The translations under genes were made by a program, and so were the position numbers. Source: Anthoceros angustus (Eukaryota; Plantae; Anthocerotophyta). From it: DNA of 64,000 bases. Location: the NCBI GenBank assembly GCA_010909165.1, contig VJWM01000144.1, forward strand, positions 186,001 through 250,000. Direction: 5' to 3'. The notes beneath the pieces were generated by a model. That model was not told where the DNA came from. It worked only from the letters and a program-made list of their open reading frames with translations, and did not search any database. This document shows positions 13,321 through 26,205 of the stretch, one piece after another. The first letter of the stretch is position 1, and each line of letters opens with the position of its first letter.

Positions 13321-15745
13321 CTTAGGCCTAGCCAAGGTCACCAATTGAGGAGCGTGGTGGGTATTCGTCGGCGATGCGGCATGCTAGTTACCAGTCAACG
13401 TCTCTCACTAGCCTTTGTCACATTCTCATATTCAGCCGGGCGATGCACTAACAAGAAAGGGTGTCTGGGCTTCCTTCAACATTGTAGGCGATTGCCAATC
13501 GCTATTGCGTTCCCAAAAATGGAGGACACACGAGGCGCCGACATGTCCCACCCCCGCCGCATGGGCGAGCTTGTTTCAGTGGCAAACCCACCCATCGAGT
13601 ACCAAGAGGGCTGCGGCGTGGCGGGGCATTGCGGTGGTGAGCGACTCGGACGAACTACTTGTCGGTGGACCAGCTCCCCACCACGGTGAGGCTTGTCCGT
13701 ATGGAGGGGCGGTCGAAGGCCGGAGAAGGTGTATGTCCGGGCATTCCGCCGGGGACGTGCGAGTATGCAAGTGGGCACCGGAAGGGAGATGGATGGTGCA
13801 GTCATGGAGGAAAGGGTTGCGAAATGCATCACGAGTTTGTGTGACAAGGGCTAGCTTGGAAGAGGATGGACCTTTGCGGTGTTGTGATACACCACACGAA
13901 GTGTGGGCGGCCTCGGAGCAGCTAGGATTGGGTTTCTGACGACGGGAGCCGGCAATTCGTTACAAAGCCGTAGAGGCACTCCGGAAAAGCGGCGTGAACA
14001 TCTTAATGCGAGGTTTGAGACTCCTAGGAGAAAATGTATTGTGATGCCATGATGTCGGCACAAGTTCAATGTGTTGGTTGTGCGAAGGAGGCCCGGTTCG
14101 AAATGATCTCGGACCTAAGCGCACAATGGATTGGAGGAACTTGCGGATGTCTTTGCGGGAAGAGGCCGCATACCACAAGTGGATGTGGGGAAACACATCT
14201 ATGTGCGTGAACGTGGCCCTCTTTGGGAAGAGCGTCGGTATTTGCTATGGACAGCCCAGTATGCGAGATCCATGCTTACTAGTCCTTCAATAGCATGTGG
14301 CCTTGTGACCATTGTGAGCAGTGGATGGTGCCAATTTCTTGGTGGCAAAGCGAGGCTTTTGTTCACGTACAATAGGGTGGACCATTTTGGGATATCACGG
14401 ACTTCAAATGCAATGACGAGGCAATACCGCTCCTTGAGGCGGCCGAGATGATTGTTGAGGCACACTACACCGGGAGGACTACTATATGGGCTGCTAGCGG
14501 GCGATCACATGGGTACTTGATACAAAGCCTCTTGGCAGTGGAGGTGCGAAGGGAGTTCTACCAGCATGGGACAAAGAAAATTGGTATTTGAATTTACATT
14601 GTTGGAAGCCTAAATGCATAACGACCGGTATTCACCCTTGATCCTGTGTTCTTGGTTCTCCTAACGTGTGTGAGAAGGCGGTGTGTTGCCGAGTTCTCTT
14701 GTCAAGAGAATCGGTTGTTCGACGGTGTGAAAGTCGAGTGGCGAGGCTGTGGATCCGATCTTGTACAACCGGGATGACAAGTTCTTAGCACCTTTTGCCA
14801 ACCTTCTTCCTCGGGGCGGGTCCCGATCTCGTCAATAATCTCCATGCTCATGGAATGAAAGTGCGGCTTCTATCACTTTGAGGAATCGAGTTCTCTCCTA
14901 AGTAGTCCATTGAGGCCACATTTCACAATCATCCACAAACACAAACCAGAAAAAACACGGTTTACAAAAGTGCTTACCATCAATGTTATGAAGTTGCACA
15001 AGAGAGCCATGGCTTGGGGTCCCAAGGGTGAGGGCGTCATCTGCGGCGCCAAACTTCGCATCGGCGGACAATGATTCGGGCTTCTCTGCTCGTTGTGGCC
15101 TTCGCCGATTTTCGACATGCCATGCGGCGAGCGGAAGACCTTGGTTTGACATAAGGCACCTTCACTGCGGATGGAGCGGTCGTCTCACAAAGGAAGATCC
15201 CATGCCGTGGCCGGCGGGAGTGAAACATTGCTTTGGAACATGCTCCTTTCCATCTAAAAGGTTGTTCGAGTTCCTCGTCTACAAGAGATGATGAAGCACC
15301 TCGGCGTTTCCGATGTTGTTCTTCGCAAATGGGGGCGGGAGAAAGAATATTATTAGAAAATGGCTCGATGATCCTTCCACCCTGAGCACGTGCCACAACC
15401 GTTAATCACCTTTCGCATGGCATTGGGAAATGTAGCTTACAAAGAATGCGAGGCGGTGAACACATTACAAGCTCATGTACTTTAAAAAGGTGGGTGGCCG
15501 GAAGATGGAACCGAGGAAAACACATTGGAGCGGATACCCGTGGGATAGCTATTTTTAACACAAGAAAATGAAAAGGGTGGAATGGGGACAAGCGGCCCCA
15601 TTATTGAAGACACAAGTGTTATATTGCACGTAACAAACATGTCCTATTATGACATGCCCTCCTCCAAACCAAAATTTGTAACGATTGTGTGGGCCATAAC
15701 AAACTGCAACATAAAGCGTAACAAACACCCTCATTTCTAGTAGTG

Positions 15746-15900
15746 TCCACTAGCATTTCCATTAAACGGACACTCGGACACTTTGTACAACACGTTCGTA
15801 ACATGCCAGATCCTCCCTCCCACGGGGACTTCTTTCCATTGCATGTAGAGATTCATATTTCTTGGAGTGGGAGGGAAAGCGAGCACCGAGGCTGGCGATG
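15746..15900 (-). pseudogene. Upstream continuation of the DUF7869-like locus beyond the CACTA #1 insertion
   Basis: Removing the CACTA and one TCC joins ...atgctagtgga|gaagttggacacc... and restores continuous minus-strand reading. Confidence 0.55.
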
Positions 15901-16909
15901 AGTCCTCCTCCTCCTTTCCATCTTCAAGAAGTCGAGACTTTGCCTGCTCTTTTCACCGCCGCCACTTGCCCTTCAGCCTCCTGTGACGCCGAGCAATTCT
16001 GCAGCCGCCTGTGTTCCCGTGAATTGACGGTCCACTAGTCCGCCTGGCCCACCGTGGCTCTCCCAAGATCTCCTACTAATGCATGCCGCCAGCCGGTCTC
16101 GAATCGCCCGCAGCTTGAATCTTCCTCGTCGTTTTAGGCATCTACGACACAAGACCGGGCGTGATTCACGGAGCTTTGGAAAGGTCACCATGATTGACGG
16201 GAAAAAAGGAGAACATACCTCAACCTTAGCGGTTTAGACCACGCTTCGATGTGTCCTCCACGGCCGATCTGCGTAGTAAGAATTTCAAAGTAGGGTTGTC
16301 ACGGTGCTTGAAACCCCGAATCGAGAATTGCAGAGCAAGGGAGAAGAGAGGACGAACAAAGTCACATGGACTTCGTCTCAGATCAGAACGAAAGACAAGT
16401 TTCATTTCATGGATGTAACATGGCGGAAACCAACTCAAACTACAGGTGGTTTATTATCCATTATTTACGGTCCATATATAGGCGTAAGGGTCCTTGGCCT
16501 TTGGTACCCAAGTTCACCATCCGACCCAAACTCGGCTTTGAAGCCCAAGGAGTCGCTTATTTTCAAGTCCAAGGAAAAGTTTTGCAATTTTCATGAGCCA
16601 AGGAAACCCATTTCATCGCGAGCCTATATAGGCCATGTAATTGCTTTCACCCTAAGTCCAATCCGAGGCGTGAGTGTCCTTGGATTTTGGTGCCCATGGC
16701 AACTTCACCATCCGACCACACCACGGCCCAAGGAAAATGTTATTTGAATTTTCGATGGGTTTTGTTAACCATGGTTCGTCAAACCATGGATTCACGAACT
16801 CAAAGTCCAAGGAAACTCGTCGACCCTAAAGTGTCCTGTCTCGACCACTTGAGAGCAAGATCGGCGCACTTTCACCGATCGGTTCGGCACGCCGATCGAT
16901 CCAAGCTCG
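15901..16909. mobile_element. Partial copy of element X (matches ~29093-30125)
   Basis: Direct match from agtcctcctcctcctttc..catcttcaagaagtcgagac to gccgatcgatccaagctc. Confidence 0.9.
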
Positions 16910-17175
16910 CAAAGGAGCGCAGGGCACAGGAAAAGGTTGGCCTTCCCAAGTCTCAAGGCTCCTCCCGGATCCCATCCCATCTCCTTATATTATGAGGCGG
17001 TCGCTCTGTGAGCACACAAGCCAGTTGATGAAGTTGTTTTGTTGGAGAGCGGTTGTTCACGCAATCGGAGGAACTGAAGAGGACACAATGGTGTGACTCC
17101 TTGTTAAAGCTGTGGATTTTGGGTTCAATGGTGCTTTGCACAATCGAGGGCTAGGCGGGATGGGTTCTGGCTACA

Positions 17176-19152
17176 ATGGATGTGGTGGATGGTGAACCGG
17201 AGTTCGGGTTTTGTGCACATCCAAGCCTTACAGTGGAAGGGTTGCCACCGACACGAGATGACTACAATGTGTATGTGCTAAGGCTTGCAAACTTTCACGG
17301 CGGGAAGTGTGAACCGTATATCTCAAGGAAATTCTTGGATGCTTGGCGAATTGAAAATGTAAGTGCAAATGTTTCCCTCTCTCTAACATGATCGGTGTGT
17401 ATTTGAGAGGCGATAAAAGTAACACATGTCTTGTGTTAAAACCATGTGCGGTGGAAGATCATTTTATAGGTTTCTTTGTCATTCTGAGACTCCATGAAAA
17501 TGCACCGAGATGTCTTTGCGGAGGACAAGGCAGCCCTTCCACGGTTTGCCTTTTCTAATGCGAAGAGGAAGCGAGTTTGGACCCTCGGATGAGGAGGATG
17601 GTCCCATTGGTCAACAGCTTGGACAGTCGGATGAGGAATCGAAGACCAAGAGGAGGAAAGGGGACAAGGGGCTTCTGCTTGTGCCAAAGTTAGCATACAT
17701 TCACGATGAAGATGGGAGGAGGAACCCTCCTCTTGACAACGGAATTGGGAAGCAAAATCAATAGGTTTGTATCGGGCTTTGATGGGCGGGAGGAGGCGCG
17801 GCATGCCGGCGGCTGGGTGCCTTCCCAGGAGAAGGCACCCTAGCACGTTAGGTGGTGTGCAATCGGAGGCACCAGCGGCCGCTAGTGGTAGTGAGGCCGG
17901 CCAGGCGAAGAAACAAAATCTGGAGCCATGGAGCTCTCTATGCACGGGGTGGAGCGTCGGAGGAGGAAGGGCATGCGGCGCCTCCGATGGTGTGGGTGAG
18001 GCCTCCCCATGTCGAGGTGGAAGGGGAGGCGGCGGCGCGCCCCTCTCCCCATGGTTGATGTGGCGGCAGGCATCGCCTGCGCGCCCTCTCGATGGTGGAT
18101 GGGCGCCCCGGCATGCGCGCCGTAGGCGATGCGCGCATGCGGCGCTCGATGGTGAAGGTGGGGATGCGGGCGCGGCATGCCGGCGCCGTGGAAGGTGGGG
18201 ATGCGGGCGCGGCATGCCGCCCCTGGAAGGTCGCGCCGGCATGCCGGCGCCAGCGTGCGAGATGGAGAACCCGGGGCTCGGGAAGAGGAAGACTTCCTCA
18301 TGCCCGAGGCATCGGACTCACAAGTGTGGATGCGCGGTCTGAGAAGAAAGGAAAAGCGTGTACGCCTTGATAGCAATGACATTCCAAGCTGTACATGTGG
18401 CCACGGATGGGGGCGGCAGCGTCTATGTTGGATGAAGATTATTTGAGCAAACTGCGAGAATCGGCGTATGCAAAAAGGTGGTTCAGCTGTTCTTGTGAAG
18501 CTCGAGAACTTGAGGCTGCATCATTTCTAACTCCGGCGGATCCGGAATGTGGATGAGGCTGGGCTAACTATTTGGCGTGTGATAGCAAAGGGGCGTATAG
18601 AGGAAGGAGTCCTCCACTGTATGATTGACCCATCGAATGCGAGGATATCCTAGCTGGATCAAGTTTCGGCTGATGATGGGAGTCTTAGGTGGCAATCATA
18701 CATATGCCGCCATGAAGCACCTTCGACATATCGCCAGGAAGGCAAGGTTCCAATGGATGGAGGCCCATGTTTGTGGGCTTACTATACAGGAGATGAGGAT
18801 ATTGGCAATGAGACCACAACACGATGTCGACAAGAGGAAAAGATGAATTTTCGAACAAGTTAGGTACCGAGATGAGCTCCAAATTGCAAAGCGAGATGGT
18901 GTGACCATGAGCATGAACGAAGTTTAACCTTTATAAGGTGCTTGGGCTAATAGAGGGCGATGAAGGTCGCGAGGATGAGCAATATAAAGTAACAAGGTGG
19001 ACAACAGACACATATTCTATGCATTGAGGGAGGAAAGGTTTGGAAGAATGTTGATAGTATTTTCACAAAGTGGGAGGCCATGGAGCTACGCGAGCATGTA
19101 GCATGTGGGACCGGCAAGAAGAGCAAAGGAAAGCATAAAGTTGGTGATGAAA
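17176..19152 (+). pseudogene. 5' half of a ParB-like + DNA methyltransferase gene (possible degenerate SWIM finger, acidic linker, ParB/Srx-like domain)
   Basis: Donor gaaaat|gtaagt at ~17360. Segment FFVILRLHENAPRCLCGGQGSPSTVC at ~17470-17550. Across frameshifts at 18480-18900: VKLENLRL...RIRNVDEAG...GRIEEGVLHCMID...GVLGGNHTYAAMKHL...EAHVCGLTIQEMRILA...HDVDKRK (GGNH at 18688-18699, aligning with the ParB DGxHR motif). Confidence 0.55.
17790..18260. repeat. GC-rich GCATGC(CGGC)-containing low-complexity repeat, including a ~36-bp direct repeat
   Basis: gaaggtggggatgcgggcgcggcatgccg occurs twice at ~18155-18220; many gcatgc/gcatgcc motifs. Confidence 0.8.
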
Positions 19153-22100
19153 CAAACATTGAAGACAACGAAGGATGGAGCAAGCACCGTGATGGACATC
19201 GTGCACCCTTTTCCTCTTGGGCCCCTAGAGCACTTTATGTCCAAATCTCGACATTCCATTGGAATGATATCGATCTTCCTCGCCACAGATCATGAGGAAG
19301 ATGCGATGTCGCCTCCTCGCAGTATAGCAACTTTGCTTGCTCTGCTCGCCACCCTCCAAGTCCCTCGACTAGTTGAAGATGAATTGTTTCGAAGGGTGTC
19401 CCACAGAGGAGGTGCGATGTTCGTGCCCTTCTCGCACTCTTCACATGCTTCACAAAATTAGACCACAGATGTTTCGGTGTACCATGTTGATAGCTTCAAG
19501 CTTCAACGCTTCTCTGCGGGTTCAAAAGCGAATTGTTCTCTTCAACTTCTACCAATAGTGCATCATGGTTACTGCTAAGGTAACGCCGTCAACGCAGCAT
19601 GTATGGCTCATGGCGGGTTTGGGGAAGGACCTTGGTGCACTCGATGTATGCGGCTGGCGCTGCATTTGACTGCCCCCAACCACCTCCTCTGCATCTGCAG
19701 CTTGTGCATCGCACAGAGCCCCTTCTATAGGAGCGAGGCAGCGCCCCAACGGCCCGTGATCTTGGTCGCCGCTTTTGCCTTCACGCGGCGCCTTCCTCGC
19801 CCAAGTCTCGAATCGCTCTCCATGATTTTATGAGTGGTGTGAGCCCATGCCCGTTCTTCAAATATGGCGCACACTCATCCTTGTGAAATCGGCCTCTTCG
19901 TTTGTCTTCATCCTCTCCGAACATGCGGATGATGCCCTAGCCGACTGTGCTCGCGTTTTGGTCCTTCACCCCGCCTCGGGCGTAGATGACGCCCCGTTGT
20001 CTCCCCGCCATCCTCGACCCTCCCACCCATGGAGGAACTTACCCTTAACTTGCCCACCGCGCTTCCTCCTCTTGTTCCATTGCCGTCCGAAGCCTTGAGA
20101 GGCAAATCAAAGTCCTCCTCCTCCTTTCCCGGCATCTTCAAGAAGTCGAGACTTTGCCTCGGCTCTTTTCACCCGCCACTTGCCCTTCGACGCCGAGCAG
20201 CTTCCGCCTGTGCCCAGTCTGAATTTGGGTCCAGTCCGTCAGTCACGTGGCCTCCACCGGCATCTCCTGCTACTAATGCCAGCGCCAAATCGGCCCTCAG
20301 CTTGAATCTTCCTCGTGCTTTAGGCATCTACGACACAAGACTGGCATGATTCACGGAGCTTTGGAAAGGTCACCATGACGGAGGAAAAAAGGAGAACATA
20401 CCTCAACCTTAGCCGGTTTAGACCACGCCGATGTGTCCTCCACCGCGACCGCGTAGTAAGAATTTCAAAGTAGGGTTGTCACGGTGTGCTTGAAACCCCA
20501 ACCGAGAATTGGTACAGAACAAGGGAGAAGAGAGGACGAACAAAGTCACATGGACTTCGTCTCAGAAGGCCGGCAGAACGCAAAGTTTCATTTCGCGGAT
20601 GTAACATGGAAACCAACTCAAACTACAGGTTTATTATCCATTATTTACGGTCCATATATAGGCGTGGGTCCTTGGCCTTTGGTACCCAAGTTCACCATCC
20701 GACCCAAACTCGGCAAGCCCAAGGAGTCATTATTTGCTTTTTCAAGTCCAAGGAAAAGTTTTGCAATTTTCATGAGCCAAGGAAACCCATTTCATCGCGA
20801 GCCTATATATAGGCCATGTAATTGCTTTCACCCTAAGTCCAATCCGAGGCGTGAGTGTCCTTGGATTTTGGTGCCCATGGCAACTTCACCATCCGACCAC
20901 CACGGCTCAAGCCCAAGGAAAATGTTATTTGAAGATGGGTTTTGTTAACCATGGTTCGTCAAACCATGGATTCACGAACTCAAAGTCCAAGGAAACTCGT
21001 CGACCCTAAAGTGTCCTGTCTCGACCACTTGAGAGCAAGATCCGGGCACTTTCACCGACACGTGTTCGCACGCCGATCGATCCAAGCTCGTGCAGCCATG
21101 TGGCGTGCGCCTGTTGCATTTGGGTGCACATGGCATGCGCCATTGGTCACACTTGACACCATAGGGGCCCCGCCGCCATCCTCCTCGCCGATGCCGAGCC
21201 CAATTCCAGTAGGTTGCGCACACATTATCCGGCAAGCGAGCTCATGATTCGCAAGTCAAGGATATTTTAACCAAACCCTAACTCAAGTTTTCCTTTTGTA
21301 ACCAAACCCTAACTCATGTTTCCCATGGGTTATGGTGTACCCTAACCCTAACCCGAAAGCCAAGGAGACTTGGGTTTCATGGGCTATATATGCCTCCATG
21401 GGGATATGTAACTAGGGTTTATGGTTTGACTGAAACGAATCTTGTTGACCACTCCGCTTTGCACACCATCCGGCTCTCGCCACCGTCACTTGTCTAAAGG
21501 CACGGGCATTTCATATGGAATGCACGTCATTGAATCCACTCGCCGTGGTGCATCCATTGCGATGGGCATAAATGGAGGCATTGCTTGTTTGGCACACTCG
21601 ACCGGATTTGCATGGTGCGTTTGGTCTTCCCACGAAGCCCGAATCCAGCCTTCTTATTTTGTCCTCCTAGATTTGCATGAAGCGCGCCTTGCCCTTCCTT
21701 GCCCTCGCTACCGCAAAGGTGAATTTTGCTCACGACGTGCTTCATGGTTCCGCGCTAATCGCCTCCTCACAACGGCTTAAACGGCGCGAGGGCAAGGAAG
21801 AACGGCTTCCCAATGTCTGAGGAAATGGCCCCAGAATCCGGATGATGGCGGGCGGAGTGCCTAGAGATTTATCGCCATACATGGGAGCTGGTCGAATCGG
21901 AGGCTTCCACACCCACACACACACATCGATGAGGATGCATCGCTGGCGCCCCAATCTACCGGAGGCCTTGGATTTCAAGAGGCGGGTAATGGAGAGATGC
22001 TTCATGGAAATTATTGCCTCCTGAGGCTCACCGAGAGCGCACCTAGGTTGTGGCTTCCTTGATTGGATTGAAGCACAACGACACTTTTGCAAGTCTACTA

Positions 22101-22226
22101 CGGGCCAACCATGATGGAGATGATCGAAGGAGGATTTTCAGCTTGTCCCGCCTGCCGCAGCCCCTTTGTTCTCGCTTCTGTCGCCTAGCCCAAGCCTTAA
22201 TCGATGTAACGATTTTTCTTTTTTAG
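19153..22226. mobile_element. Large partial copy of element X (matches ~28140-31300), interrupting the ParB-MTase gene
   Basis: Direct match from caaacattgaagac..gatggacatcgtgcaccc to gcctagcccaagccttaa..cgatgta..cgatttttc. Confidence 0.9.
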
Positions 22227-22269
22227 CGGGAGGAAGAGGGGCGGGCGGCATGCGGCGCCTCTTCCTCCC

Positions 22270-23397
22270 GTGTGATTGTGAAGCTTCGTTGTCTTCGTGC
22301 GCAAGTAAAAGATGTTGAAGACAGAAAGCCCGGATTTCAAGCTTTCATACTAGAGGTGCACACATGGAAAGGCTTGGAGGACGAGCAAAGGGCACTTGCG
22401 GACATGGACATGGAGGAAGGGCTCCAATCTTTCACTGCCAAAAGCGGAGAATATTGTGAACTACTGGTGGTATCAAGAGATGCCTTGGACATGCGGGGTT
22501 TCTGGGTTCAAGGTACACACTATTGTTGATGGATGTGCCCGATTCAATAAGGGACAACATGATGTGAAGATGGATCAGCTGTGAACACCATTTTCCATTC
22601 TTTCCATGACATGACAAGTTGCTCGGAGATTAGATTGATAGTCATGCATGGAGTAGAAGAGTGCACATGGTGAGAGAGGCAATGCGGAAGTGGTGCACAG
22701 GTGGAGGGATGGTCTCCTTCGTTTGGGATAAAACGAATATGCACAACGACCAAGGAGGCTATGACACTGTGGAGTACATCACGGTGGGCTGGGGTTTCAC
22801 CTCCAACAGCAAGATCAGCAAGATGTCTATGCTCCCGAATAACTTGCAGGGCTCTTTCAACAATGGGCGTGCAGTCCTTGCGCACGACACTGTTGTGAAG
22901 AAGCTGTTGTATATGTCATTTGACAAGCTGGTGGTATGTGCATACCAGAGGCTTCTAGGCCTGATGATGAAGCTCATCAAGAACTTTTCGAAAGAGGGAG
23001 GCGGGTTACGGATGTATGTCGGGAGTGGTACTACGACATTGGCGGCTATGTGGGCGCAATTGTATTGTGCATCGATATTGATAAGCGGTGTGCGGAGTTT
23101 ATTCCAGAGGATCCATGGATATGAAGTCTGCCGGAGGAGGAATTGACTCATGAGCCGCTGCGTCGGGGACCCTCCCAATTCGGCTAAGGAATTGAGTTTT
23201 CGAGAAGGATGTCTCCCGAGCTCGGTGGTTCCTTTGTTGAGCAGGATGAAGGAGATCACGGAGATATTACGGGCGATGGCCAACAAAACCTTGCCCACCT
23301 TATGGCGGCTGAGAACAAGGGAAATGATGGTGGCTTTTGGATGCGAGAGAGTGCCATGAGGAGAATGACAACCGAGGGCGGAGGAGGCAAGGCTTAA
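22270..23397 (+). pseudogene. Beta-class N4-cytosine/N6-adenine DNA methyltransferase domain (N6_N4_Mtase-like) with acidic tail, frameshifted
   Basis: Across frames: DVP(D/F) at ~22533 (motif IV-like), VWDKTN at 22721, VEYITVG, YQRLLGLMMKLIKNFSKEGG(x)VTDVC at 22943-23020, GSGTTTLAA at 23021 (motif I), CIDIDK. The IV-then-I order is typical of beta-class enzymes. Confidence 0.7.
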
Positions 23398-23825
23398 ATG
23401 CGAGTAGTATTGGATGGCGTGTGCAGGCGGTGCCCAACCACAATGCGGATTAATTGGTGATTAGGTCAAAGTTGGCGGTGGCAAGGTGTCCGATTCCATG
23501 GATTCGTTATTGTGCAAAAGTGCCGTCATCGTGCCGTTTGACTTATATATTACATGTTTGGGATTTGAATCCTTTTGTGCATTTGTTGATGCCATTGCCG
23601 TGTTCATAGTTCGCTGCGTTCGTTGCATCGCCCGGCGCAGACTTCCTCATGACCATATCTAGCATATTATATGAAATCGGACCAAACCATATGTATGCCA
23701 TTCGGCACTGCTGACCACAAACGATGAATGAAAAAAGCCGCTTTTGTGACCGTCGAGCACAAAGAAAAGTGGTCCGAAGTTTCTGGAAGCGGCTTCGTAT
23801 ATTCAGCCCTTTCAAATATTACCAT

Positions 23826-26205
23826 GTTATACCCCAAAGGCTACCCGGACAAAGCTCGACAATCGAGCACAAGAAGTACATCTTTATTGGATTCACGGAT
23901 GGGGTGAAAGGATACAAGCTCATTCATCCACGGACATAGGATCACTCACTCACGAGATGTCCTATTCGTCAAGATATGCAGCCAATCTCCAGGTGGGAGC
24001 TCCCTCCAGAAATCAATGCACACGAGGACAGCGATGAGGCGACATCAACTTGTCTGCAGCACCTCACCACGGCACTCCACCACTGTTCTTCACCAGCGAT
24101 CCCACACCACCTCCCGCTCGCCCTTTGTCCGGCCTCCTCCCTACTTCACACCTGTCGGTTAAAGGCTCGGCCTCAAACACCTCTGAGACATCATCTTGAG
24201 ATTTCGACATTCCGACTGCAGCCTCCTCACACGCATCAGCGTCCTCGGCTCCCTAGCGAGCGCCCGCGGCCCTCGGAGGCGGCGGGGGCGGTTCGACTCG
24301 ATGGCGATGCACATGGAGCCGGGTTTACAAGACGCAGGGGTTCCCGGCTGCAAAATCGAAGATGACCATGACGATCTCTTCCATACCACAAATGCCTAGC
24401 CCGCATCACACCACGGATCGGGTTAGCGTTCTCCCAAGGTGCCACATCTGCTTTGGAATCCACGGCACGGGGAGCCACTTAGTGCATATCTTGAAACCCA
24501 CGGCTCACATGCGAAGAGCCTGAGGCTCGGCAATGGACATCGCGAGCAATTTCCAGCCACACAACTTAAGCGGGCCTTATCCCGGCACCCACAGGCAAGC
24601 GGATCTATTCATGCCGATTATCCTACTTATGATACTCACGCTATCCCGGATAATTGAGCTCAAGATCCTTCTCTCGAGGACATGGGCGAGGACCCACTAC
24701 AACCTGCTAACATTCCCGACAGGGAAGAAGACCTCGGTACTAATGCCGGTAAAATTAAAAGGTATTCTCCAACTAATTGGGAGACCCTAAAACACGTTAA
24801 CATCTTGTCTTACATGACTATAGATCAATTTGTTCGACAAGCTATCGAGGCCATCACTTGCCCGAAAGACTATAAAACTGGCTGAAAAGCAACCGGAGAA
24901 TCCTTACTCACTATTCGCTCGACGGTGGCGAATTCAACTCAATTCACCCTCGCAATTTTGCATGATCACGGATCGCAGTGTTACTACCCCACATACATCC
25001 CAATGTAACGGTGTAGAGAGGATGCAGAACCATACAGATGCGGTGTATCAATGCGATCCATGCAGCCTACCAAAAGCACCGAAGCCATGTCTCACGCAAG
25101 ATACATTCTCGAACCGAGCCTTACCTCCTCCTTACCACAACTCACACCTGAAGCTCGGACAGGGTCAAAACCCTATCCTATCCACCGTGAGTGTTCGGCT
25201 CAACAAGATATGTACATACCCCAAAGGCTTACCGGACAAAGCTCGACAATCGAGCACAAGAAGTACATCTTTATTGGATTCACGGATGGGGTGAAAGGAT
25301 ACAAGCTCATTCATCCACAGACACAGGATCACTCACTCACGAGATGTCCTATCTGTCGAAGATATGTGCCCAATCTCCGGGAGCTCCTCGGAGAATCAAT
25401 CACACGAGGAGCTGATGAGGACATCAACTTGTCTGCAGCACCACGGCACTCCACCACCTTCTTCACCAGTGATCCCACACCCACCTCCCGCTCCGCCGCC
25501 GTCCAGCCTCCTCCCACGCCCCCGCACACCGCCCGGCCACCAAACACCTCCCGACATCATCTTCGGGATTTCGACATTCCGAACTCGCAGCCTCCTCACT
25601 GACCGGGCGTCCTCGACTCCAGGCGCCACGGAGCGAGGGGACAGGTGCTCGATGGCGCACATGGAGTTTACACAAGACGAGGTTCCCATTTCCAGCAATC
25701 GGACCCGCAGCGATCTCTTCACCAACGTACCACAAATGCCTAGCCCGCATCACCACCGGATCGGGGCGTTCTCCCAAGGTGCCACATCCGCTGGAATCCA
25801 CGACACGTGAGCCACCGACGCATATCTTCAAAACCCGCCTCACGGCTCACCAAGAAGAGGCACGCTCGAAGAATGGACATCGCGAGCAATTTCCAGCCAC
25901 ACAACTTAAGCGGGCCTTATCCTGCACCCCACAGTGCAAGCGATCTATTCATGCCGATTATCCTACTTATGATACTCGCTATCTATAATTGAGCCTCAAG
26001 ATCCTTCTCTCGAGGACATGGAGGACCCACTACAACCTGCTAACATTCCGACACAGGGAAGAAGACCTCAGCGTACTAATGCCGGTAAAATTAAAAGGTA
26101 TTCTCCAACTAATTGGAGAGACCCTAAAACACGTTAGCATACTCTTGTCTTACCGCATGACTATAGATCAATTTGTTCCAAAGAAGCTATCGAGGCCATC
26201 ACTTG
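23826..26205 (+). repeat. Direct duplication of the ~1-kb copia SH3/linker segment (23826-24885 vs 25212-26205)
   Basis: Both copies carry ggacaaagctcgacaatcgagcacaagaagtacatc...gctatcgaggccatcacttgcc, with many indels between them. Confidence 0.85.

Larger units (their letters stand above)
4713..15745 (-). mobile_element. CACTA/EnSpm DNA transposon #1, ~11 kb, both termini present
   Basis: CACTACTAGAAA at 4713 and TTTCTAGTAGTG ending at 15745. 3-bp TSD TCC (4710-4712 and 15746-15748). Subterminal (g/a)taacaaac / gtttgtta repeats at both ends. Internal TnpD domains. Confidence 0.93.

Noticed and set aside
14463-14475. Third CACTA terminus (cactacacc)
   Set aside because: No matching inverted end, TSD or subterminal repeats found.
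17436-18446. Overlapping long ORFs (268, 191, 166 aa)
   Set aside because: GC-rich repeat artefacts without recognisable motifs.
21268-21350. Interstitial telomere or healed chromosome end
   Set aside because: Only about 2 tandem CCCTAA units plus scattered AAACCCTA boxes, embedded in a TE and repeated at 30305.
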